The position numbers and the translations under genes are program-made. The notes under the pieces are model-generated. The model had not been told where the DNA came from, searched no databases, and was given only the letters and a program-made list of their open reading frames with translations. Positions 35,981 to 45,568 of a stretch of 64,000 nt of DNA are shown here, in pieces. Source of the DNA: Podarcis filfolensis (Eukaryota); NCBI GenBank assembly GCA_964270895.1, contig OZ185442.1. One strand, given 5' to 3'. Every line of letters begins with the position of its first letter. Within the stretch, counting starts at the first letter, position 1.

Positions 35981-36919
35981 CTTTAGTGAAACCATGGGAA
36001 GGGGAATTAACATAAGACCCACCCATTAACACCCCCAAGCACATCAGCTTTGCCTACTCAGTTCTTGACCTTCCCATGTTGAGCAGAGAAGACCCACGGG
36101 GTGGGGTGGGACTTTTACCCAAGTTTCCTCGAATGCATGCAGAACTCTCCCTTTAAATTTTCTCTGCTCAACATGGGAAAGTTGGGGACTGAGTGGGTGC
36201 AGCCATGGATGTTGGGGGCAGGGCTAGCAGCTGTGGCCTTGTGCTTCCTACACTGGAGGAGGTTTCCTGTTCAGGAATGATGCCCAAGTAGAGCTTTAAG
36301 GAAGAGAGGGCTGGACGGAAGCATTCCTGAAGGTTTTTGAAGCTCCTGAAGCAACCTCAATGCCATCAGATGGATAAACGTGAGTTTATTGCTAAGCAGA
36401 AGGAGGCTCATCCCTCTCAAGAGCAGCTTCTCCATCATCTTGGGAAAGTAATGTTTCAGCACCAATCTCCTAACTGATGGATGGCATCAGTTTGTGTGAA
36501 CATGTGAACGCTGTAGCAAAGGATGGGAGATGGAAGTGCGCACACAAGCTCTTTCCCAGCCCTCCGTTTGAGCTGGGATGGCTTGTAGGGGAATTTATCT
36601 GAGTCCTCATTTATGCAGAGGGTTCTTCTCATGAGTAAAGCCCACCCTTTGCACCCACCAACAAATAATAAAGTGTGTGTGATTAGGCAAGCACCTGGAC
36701 ATGCTTATAGTCTTTATGTGATGGTGAGATGCATGATTCATTTGCAGGATTGTGGCATGTGTGATAGAACCTTTGTCCTAGCAATATTGTCCTACAACCT
36801 CTCATGGATAACTGGCACATATGTGTTTGTGTATACACACACACACAAACACACACACGATGGTGTTGTTGTGAGCCACCTCTAACATAGTAGATGGAGC
36901 ATGGTATAAATATTTATAG

Positions 36920-36978
36920 GAAGGAGGGAAGGAAGGAAGGAAGGAAGGAAGGAAGGAAGGAAGGAAGGAAGGAAGGAA
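36920..36978. repeat. (GGAA)n microsatellite
   Basis: Seen directly. Confidence 0.97.
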
Positions 36979-37084
36979 AAGGTATGCAAGAGGTACAGCA
37001 AAGCAAATGGGAATTTTTGTATTTTCAGTTTTCAGAGTTGGGTGGTTTTTGTCCAAACGTCAGACCTGTATGTGGAGTTTAAAC

Positions 37085-37203
37085 TCGGGGTGAGGCCCTC
37101 CCAGATGTTCCTGGACCCCAACTCCCATCAGCTCCAGTCAGCATGGCCTGGGATGATGGGAGTTGTAGTCAACCTCCAGAGAGCCACAGAGCCTTCATCC
37201 CTG
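37085..37203. mobile_element. hAT palindromic MITE with perfect 8-bp TSD
   Basis: GTTTAAAC at 37077-37084 and 37204-37211; inner arms caactcccatca / tgatgggagttg. Confidence 0.85.
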
Positions 37204-38001
37204 GTTTAAACCATCAGCTCTATATTGCATGTGTCTGCATTTAGCAAATTCAAGGAGAGCTCATTGATAAGAAACTGTAGAAATATGGGATGCTGCTTTG
37301 GTGCAGGGCAGCACTTCTGTACTGTTACCATGGTTACCAATGGGACTTATTTATACATGCATGAGACCAGCCGATCGGTGTTCTTTACTCCTTCCTGTCC
37401 TGCTTTTCTTTCTTATCTCAGGTTTATTGTAGCATCTAAAGGTAGGAATGGGGCTGGGATACAAGAATGCTTGTGGGGATTTCATTAATTTAAAGCATTT
37501 TCACCCTGCACGTTAGCCAAAACGGCTCCCAGAGCAGCTTACAAGATCAGTAGCTAGACAGTTCCTGCTGCCGTGTTTACTGTTGAAAAGCCATGGCGTG
37601 CAAGGAAAAGGGGATGTGGAGGGAAGAGCGTAAAAGCAAGTTCAAGGCCCAGTACTTAAAGTTGCAGTTTTGGTAATGACCATCTGGGACAGTTCACTTA
37701 AACTGATTGAATGCCTGTCTCAATGTGACAGATGGTCTGAGTGAGAGGAGAGAAGGGAAGGGATAGGAATGATGTGGAATGCTTGGAGGAAATGGTATCT
37801 GCTTGGTTTTCTTCTGATAATTCACATCCTGACTTAAATTCAGTAGTGCGGCTTGGTATTTTTAGACTTTGGGCTTATGCCTATTACTTTGCTTTGCTCA
37901 AAATGTGGTAAGTCAGGTGTGTTGTATTGGGGGGCCCACTTGCTCATTCTTCCAAGTGGGGCTGTGGACCTCTGCTCCCAGACATGGAAATAAAGAAACT
38001 A

Positions 38002-38312
38002 GTTGTTGTTTAGTCATTTAGTTGTGTCCGACTCTTCGTGACCCCATGGACCAGAGCACGCCAGGCACTCCTGTCTTTCACTGCCTCCCGCAGTTTGGTC
38101 AAACTCATGCTGGTAGCTTTGAGAACACTGTCCAACCATCTCGTCCTCAGTCGTCCCCTTCTCCTTGTGCCCTCCACCTTTCCCAAAATCAGGGTCTTTT
38201 CCAGGGAGTCTTCTCTTCTCATGAGGTGGCCAAAGTCTTGGAGCCTCAGCTTCAGGATCTGTCCTTCCAGTGAGTACGCAGGGCTGATTTCCTTAAGAAT
38301 GGATAGGTTTGA
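38002..38312 (-). mobile_element. BovB LINE 3' fragment
   Basis: ORF 38010-38315 (SNLSILKEISP...KSRTQLND); (CAA)n tail; no clear TSD. Confidence 0.95.
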
Positions 38313-39958
38313 CACAAAATTAAATACAGAAAAAGAAAAACAAAAAGGTAAAAATCTGTTAAAACTTTAAAATTGGAGTTCACTTAAAATGTCTGCTGGA
38401 ATTTTTAAAAGAAGTGTTCATTAGGTGCTGGAAGCTCAACAAAGGAGCCTACCTGAGACCTCCGCTGGAAGGGAGTTAGGTTACATACTGAATCTGGTGG
38501 AGAAGAGCCATGCATTTTAGATAATTCCAAATGAGACAGATGGAGGGAGGGGAAAACCACCCTCTTTGCAAGCAGAAAGCCAGTATAGCAGGGTATAGTT
38601 AATTTCCTCAATAGGAGCTAGGCTTTTTTTATTCTACTTAGCAGTTCGTTTTGTCATGGGTGGTATTGAAGAAAGGGCACTCTTCACCTGCAGACTGAAA
38701 TGATACAGTCCACTCTTCAAGAGTCTACCATTTCCTCTTGCTCCTGTGTGCAGATCAGGCTTGAGAATAAATGTAAGGCAGTAGTGGGTGTTAAATTCCC
38801 CCCTTCAGCTTTTCTATTTTTGGAGAATTTCATTACCGGGGCTTCCTTTCAGAACAGACCTTTTTCCTTTCATCTTTTTTTGTGTAAGCATATCAAAGCT
38901 TAATAACAATAACAACAATTACTCTAATTACTACCTTGTTCTCAGTCAGCACCTTTCATCTGTGGATCTCAAACACCAATTAATTAAGGCTCACAACACC
39001 TCCGTGAGGTAGATATTAATGGTGACAAAGGGCCGAGGGGGCAGTCTGCCTCTGATGTCTGCTCTCTGTAGATGTCTCAGTACATCTCTGACCTGGATAA
39101 GTGCTGCCTCGTATCAGGAAGGATAATTTCCTAGTTCTTCTGATGCTAACTGGGTCGTGGCACTTGATGGGCAGGTTGTTGTTTTTTTTTAAAGAAGTTT
39201 TTATGTGTTACTTGTGTGCACACACGCAAATCAATACATGTCATGGGTCATCAAGGCATCAGATTTACCGTAGATGATAATTGTCTACCAGGAGTTTAGG
39301 CCACCTGTAGCGATAGCCAAAATCTGTCCATTTCAGCTTCTCATTTTTCCAATCTGAGGTTCAGTTCTTCAGCTTCTCACACCTTCACATTCCTGCATCA
39401 TTTTGCTATTTTTCCCCAAGTAAATTCATCAGTCAATTTATCCTAATATAAATGACTTCTTGAAAGGTATTAATTTAACTGTTGTTTCTTCATCACTGCT
39501 GTTGTAGTTAAAAATATTAAAATCCTGGGCGTTATGCCAGGCCACTGTGAAAGGTCCATTTAACTTATAATGTTTTCCGGAAGAATTACTTGTAAAGGGT
39601 GATTCAGAGAGAATTATAGGGAGAGCACCCCCTAGAAACCTTACTATGCTGATAGCTGAGATCTAGACAGGAATGCGAGGTTAACCCATTCTATAAAAAT
39701 GTTAGCTATTAAACATCACACTCTTTGTACGAGGACTAAAAAAGCCACTTCCATCAAAGATCAGGCCTGGAGAACAAAGCTTTTCATCACATTCATGCCA
39801 CATCTTATCACCCAATAGCAGAATATGGGCCTTTTTATACAGTGCATCATTTCTAGAACCTGAAATGTAAGTCTCCTCGGTACTAACCTGTCATTGTATT
39901 TGAGTACATGACTGAAGTGAAAATGAATTTAGTCTCTATGGAGCATTTAACTCTAAGC

Positions 39959-40095
39959 CGGGGATGTGGAACCTGTGGCTCTCCAGATGTTTCGAAGTAC
40001 AACATCCATCATCGCTGTCTGTTGGCTGCGCTTGCTGTGACTGATGGGAGTTGGAGTCCAACAACATCTGGAGGCTCACAGTTTCCTCATCCTTG
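39959..40095. mobile_element. hAT palindromic MITE
   Basis: ggggatgtggaacctgtggctctccagatg / catctggaggctcacagtttcctcatcc arms; TSD ctctaagc / ctttaagt (6/8). Confidence 0.8.
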
Positions 40096-40210
40096 CTTTA
40101 AGTCTTTTGTGTAAGAAGGATGTGTGTGAAATACTTGTGTCAATGCCATAACCACATGAGCATGAAGCTCTTCCTTAACACTATTTAGCCATTCTGCCTT
40201 TTCATAAGCT

Positions 40211-40617
40211 GTTGTTGTTTAGTCGTTTAGTCGTGTCCGACTCTTCATGACCCCATGGACCAGAGCACGCCAGGCACTTCTGTCTTCCACTGCCTCCCGC
40301 AGTTTGGTCAAACTCATGCTGGTAGCTTCAAGAACACTATCCAGCCATCTCGTCCTCTGTTGTCCCCTTCTCCTTGTGCCCTCCATCTTTCCCAACATCA
40401 GGGTCTTTTCCAGGGAGTCTTCTCTTCTCATGAGGTGGCCAAAGTATTGGAGCCTCAGCTTCAGGATCTGTCCTTCCAGTGAGCACTCAGGGCTGATTTC
40501 CTTAAGAATGGAGAGGTTTGATCTTCTTGCAGTCCATGGGACTCTCAAGAGTCTCCTCCAGCACCATAATTCAAAAGCATCAATTCTTCGGCGATCAGCC
40601 TTCTTTATGGTCCAGCT
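40211..40617 (-). mobile_element. BovB LINE 3' fragment
   Basis: ORF 40219-40548; (CAA)n tail; candidate TSD tttcataa at 40200-40207 and 40617-40624. Confidence 0.95.
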
Positions 40618-40689
40618 TTCATAATTTTCACAATTACAATCTCACAAAGGGGAGAGGAGGGCCACATTCACTGGCCCTATTCCTATGGT

Positions 40690-40871
40690 CATTTAACAAT
40701 CAATTCCTTCTCACAGGGAACTCTGGGAATTGTATCTCTAGGAGAGGAATAGAGGCCTCTTAACACCTTTCAGCACCCTTAATAAACCACAGCTTCCCGA
40801 ATTCTTTGGGGAAGCCCATGACTGTTTCAAGCAGTGTCTTGGTGCTTTAAATGTATAGTGTACGTGTGGTC
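40690..40871. mobile_element. Same Harbinger-like MITE family, other arm
   Basis: gggaactctgggaattgta...cagcacccttaataaac...gaagcccatgactgttt...tttaaatgtatagtgt. Confidence 0.65.
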
Positions 40872-41100
40872 TCTGGTTACTGGAGATCTGGTGTTGGAAA
40901 TTTACTGTTGACATTGGCAAGTCTTTGGGGCTTAAAGAGGGTGGGAGAAGCAGCTTCTTCCTGTCACTTCTCCCCACCTCTGTCATGGTTTCGGGGGAAA
41001 GAGAAGCAGATGACTTGCAAAAGGAGAGGAAGAGGAAACCAGCTATACTTAGAAAAGTCTGCGGAAAATGGAGGCCAGTGGAAAGTGGAGAAACAGATGG

Positions 41101-41390
41101 ATTGGGCACTTCTACTGAGTCAGACCCATTGGCCCATCCAGCTCAGTATGTTCTACACAAGTGTTTTCCAAACTTGGTTCTCCAGCTGTTTTAGGACTAC
41201 ACTTCCCATCACCCATGCTACTGGTCCTGATAGATTGAGATGATGGGAGTTGTAGTCCAAAAACAGCTGGAGGCCTAAGTTTGGAAAACACTGATCTACA
41301 CTGTCTGTCAGTGGCTGTCTAGGATTTCAGGCAGGTCCTTTTTCTAGCCCTACCTGAAGATACCAGGGATTGAAACTGGGACTGTTCTAC
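41101..41390 (-). mobile_element. tRNA-derived SINE (Squam2-like) split by a hAT MITE
   Basis: actgagtcagacccattgg...gctcagtatgttctacac [MITE] atctacactg...ccctacctgaagataccagggattgaa. Confidence 0.8.
41159..41293. mobile_element. hAT palindromic MITE
   Basis: TIRs agtgttttccaaact / agtttggaaaacact; TSD ttctacac / atctacac (7/8). Confidence 0.9.
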
Positions 41391-42492
41391 AGCTGATGAA
41401 CATCTCCACAAAGCTAGAGAACTCTTTGGAAACACCTTGAGTTTTCCCTGAGAATTATCTGAAAAAGCTGGAAAAGAACAAGCCTATTCTGAAGAAAGAT
41501 GATGGGGGATTTAACTGATCTCTAACTCATGCTCTCCTGTCAGCTCTCTTTCGTTCTCTCCCTCTGTATGTGACAAAAAGGGGATTTATCCCTGACCACA
41601 TAAAAAAGATATACGCATTAGTAAAACAATGTGAAGAAGGACATGCATCAGATAAATTCATTGAAAAGAATGAACGCATTTATAAACCATTTATGACTTA
41701 CTGGAATACAAAATATCAAGACGGCATACAACTTTATGTATGATCTTCACCCATATAATTACATAGTTGAAAATGAAATTTGCTTTCTATTATTTGTGTT
41801 TCCTCCCCATTTTTATGTGAAATACCAACATTAAAGAAGCATTAAATCTGCCTAGCATCAAGCCCCTAACTGGCCACAGAGCTAGGAAACATACCAACCA
41901 ACAAAGACCTGGTGATGACAGTGACATCAACAAGAAAGATGCTAGCAATAAAATGAGCAGTATTCTGGAAAAAGCCGGCCACATTATGCCTCTCCACTTT
42001 CAAATAAGCCAGGAGATAGGAGATGGATGCAGAGAAGCCTGACAGGAAGAGTCAATTGGAGGTTACCCAAATTTAGTGCCAGAACACAAAGGTTCAGTTT
42101 ACTTGGAAAGAGGACAGTGAGTGAGAAAATAGAGTGGGCTAGATGGAAGAGAGAAAAGTCAGGCACAAGATCTACAAGCAAGCTTTCCCTGGGATATATT
42201 TGGGGATTGAAATGTAGAGAAAACGAAGTGCAACCGAAGAACGAGCAGAACGAAGGCGGATTTCTTGCTGCTATTTTGTCTCATTCTCTGGAAAGGAGGA
42301 GAAAAACCTGGTTAGAAGTCTTGCTACTGAACGCGGCTTGACCAAGCCAGCTGATTGAATTGAAATCTAGTAAGATTTGAAGGGCCAGAGGCTCGCCCCT
42401 TCACCACGCCAATGGTGTCTCTGGAAAATATCCTGCTTGGGTGGGAGAGGAATTCAGAATAACGCTAAGCATATCGCTCCACTAGTGTAAGC

Positions 42493-42744
42493 CAGGGGTC
42501 AGCAAACTTTTTCAGCAGGGGGCTGGTCCACTGTCCCTCAGACCTCATGGGGGGCCAGACTATATTTTGGAGAGAAAAAAATGAACGAATTCCTATGCCC
42601 CACAATTAACCCAGAGATGCATTTTAAATAAAAGGACACATTCTACTCATGTAAAAACATGCTGATTCCTGGACTATCTGCAGGCTGGATTTAGAAGGCG
42701 ATTGGGCCCGATCTGGCCCCCGGGCCTTAGTTTGCCTACCCATG
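42493..42744. mobile_element. Non-autonomous hAT transposon ~250 bp
   Basis: Termini caggggtcagcaaac / gtttgcctacccatg; TSD gtgtaagc / atgtaaac (6/8). Confidence 0.8.
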
Positions 42745-43315
42745 ATGTAAACGACTGATGCAACCATCTGTCCCTCCACTTCCCCTTGTGTACTGTTCCA
42801 GGGGTTCTCAAAACCCCACAAGCCAGTTTGTGGGGCTCAGGGTGCGGGGAGAGGAGGAAAGACCCCCATTGTGCTAGCAGAAGTCCTTCTGTGGGCTTCT
42901 TCTGGTAGGACTTATTAGTTGAACCAGGCACTTTGTTTTTTCTCACATCTAGTCCTTTGTGCAGAAGTGCAAAGGGACAAAGGATTCCTCCAGATCATTG
43001 ACATAACTAGCCCAATATTTTCTACTCAGATTAGCAATGGCTCTTCTGGGTCCTTGGCAGAACATTCCTATGTAATGTTTCTCGATCTTTCCCACACCGG
43101 CAACCTGATCCTTTACAAACTGGATATTGAAGGGATTTAATCAGGAAAGTTCTGCATGCAGAGTGTGTGTTCTGTCCCCAGTGTGTTGTGTTCCCTCCTC
43201 CAATGCTGTACTTTGGTGATATCACTGCATTAGGGGAGGCTCCTGCTTTCCACTGCTGAGGTTGGGATGGTCTGGTTTACAGCCAAAACAACATAAGAAG
43301 GGACCAATGACCCAT

Positions 43316-43896
43316 TTTTTAATCATCTTTTTAATTGAGTTTTACATTGCACATTTAAATTCCAACATTAAACATCATCATTTAGGATTCCCTGAATCCT
43401 TAGATTCCCCTCCACCCTTCCAAGATTACCATTTTCAATCTTTTTCAACTGCTTCACATATTTTCTCTATTAAATAATCCATTTTTGCCTTAGTTTTTAG
43501 TACATTACAAGCATTATTCAAATCCTGCCAAAGTGTTTAGTTGTTTACAGTGTTCTCTTAAGTACATTGTGAATTTTCCCCATTCCTTCTTAAAGTTCCT
43601 CTCTTCCTGGTTTCTGATTTTCCCGGTCATTTTTGCCATTTCAGCATAGTCCATCATCTTCATCAGCCATTCGTCTCTGGTTGGGACTTTATCTTCTTTC
43701 CATCTCTGGGCCAGTAGTATCCGTGCTGCTGTCGTCGCATACATAAATAATCGTTTCTGCTCCTTTGGTATCTTTGCACCTAAAATTCCTAATCAAAAAG
43801 CCTCTGTTTCCCCCCACAAATATTATTTCAAACATTTTTTCCCAACTCATTATATATCATATCCCATAATGCTTTTGTTATCTTGCACGTCCACCA
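43316..43896 (-). mobile_element. L1-clade LINE 3' fragment (same family as 2498)
   Basis: ORF 43514-43744 AARILLAQRWKEDKVPTRDEWLMKMMDYAEMAK; 14-bp TSD gaccaatgacccat. Confidence 0.88.
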
Positions 43897-44072
43897 GACC
43901 AATGACCCATCTTGTCCAGCATCCTGGACTCACAGTGGCCACCCAAATGCCCATGGGAGACCTGCAAACAGGACCTGACCACAAGAGCACTCTCCCCTTC
44001 TGCTGTGTCCACAACCAGTATCCAACAACCTGTAGAACATAGCCCTCATGCCCAGTAGCTGTTGATAGAGAA
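43897..44072 (-). mobile_element. CR1-clade LINE 3' fragment (second family), split by an L1
   Basis: gtccagcatcctggactcacagtggcc...caagagcactctcccc; its tail aacataagaag lies left of the L1 at about 43290. Confidence 0.75.
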
Positions 44073-44993
44073 CCCAAGCACAGGGCCTCTCTCTCTCTCT
44101 TCCACTGTTCATCATAATGATGTGCCATTTTGCTAGCAATGAATATATTCAAGCACTGCTCTGGATAGGAAGACCAAATGCTCACTATGTAAAGACGCTT
44201 CTGCAGGGAAGTACATAGACCTTGTGTGTTCCACCCATAATTTGCAATTAACTCCACTTTACAAGTTCAGAGTAAATACCAACATTAATCAAGGGGAAAT
44301 TGTTTAGTTTCTCATCCAGAGTTTTATCATAAGACTTTACAGCTCCGGGTTACATTGTAATTAATCTCCCCAATTTTGTCGTCATTTTTTTCTTCCTTCT
44401 CTTAAGCTTCAAGTATTTGCAATTAACCTGAAGGAGCTTGTTCCTGTTGAAGACTCAATTGGGTGGAGGATATTAGTGGGCTTAATTTCAGTGCCACCAA
44501 ATCCCTGTGTAACTGCTCTGGCTCTGTGGATAGCTCATGCACCAGCAGAGTGTACAGGCAGCCTTGAAAGTTAGCCGTGAACATTGTCGAAGATTGTTCT
44601 AGAACAACGGTGGGGGAGGGAATAAAGGTTGCATAGGAGACTTTAATAGCTGTATAAATGAAGGCAAGATTCAACAGACAACTTAAGAACAGTTGTTTTC
44701 CTTACAGGCAAACTTTTCAAATTTAAGCCATTACTTTTACAATTAATTGACTGGAAAAAACCAATTAATTAGGTAAAATTAGGATGGAGATTTAGTCTTC
44801 ATGCATGTACAGAAAGCTACTGCAACATCATTAAGGAAAACCTGGTTTATATATTAGATATAATATTCTGATTTGTTGAAATTGTTTTTTTTTCTATTTT
44901 TGTTTGTTAAAATATTTATCTCCTGTCATGTGAGCACCTCCAGGTGAAATACAATGCTAATATGTATAAAAATACAAACAAACACCAAATATT

Positions 44994-45568
44994 CATAGAA
45001 TCATAGTTGGAAGGGACCCAATGGTCATCTAGTCCAACCCCCTGCAATGCAGGAATCTCAGCTAAAGCATCCATGATAGATGGCCATCCAACCTCTGATT
45101 AAAAACCTCCAGGGAAGGAGAGTCCAACACTTCTCGTGGGCGTCCGTTTGACTGCTGAACAGCTCTTACTGTCAAAAAGCTTTTCTGAATGTTTAGTCGG
45201 AATCTCCTTTCAATCTCACTTGAAGCCATTGATTCAAGTCCTACCCTCAAGAGCAGGAGAAAACAAGCATGCTCCCTCTTCCATGTGGCAGCCCTTAAGA
45301 TATTTGAAGATGACTATCATATCTCCTCTCAGTCTCCTCTTTTCCAGGCTAAACATACCCAGCTCCTTCAAGCATTCCTTGTAAGGCTTAGTTTCCAGAC
45401 CCTTGATCATCTTGGTTGCCCTCCTCTGCACACATTCCAGCTTGCCAACATCCTTCTTAAAATTGTGGCACCCAGAATTGGACACTGTATTCCAGGTGTG
45501 GTCTGACCAAGGCAGAACAGAGTGGTACTATTACTTCTCTTAGTCAGGACACTATACTTCTGTTGATG
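44994..45568 (-). mobile_element. CR1 LINE 3' fragment
   Basis: Minus-strand LECVQRRATKMIKGLETKPYKECLKELGMFSLEKRRLRGDMI, plus CR1 3' end catagaatcatag...gtcatctagtccaacccc. Confidence 0.92.

Noticed and set aside
41821-42040. About 70 open codons without an early ATG
   Set aside because: No splice signals or recognisable homology; length is within chance expectation.
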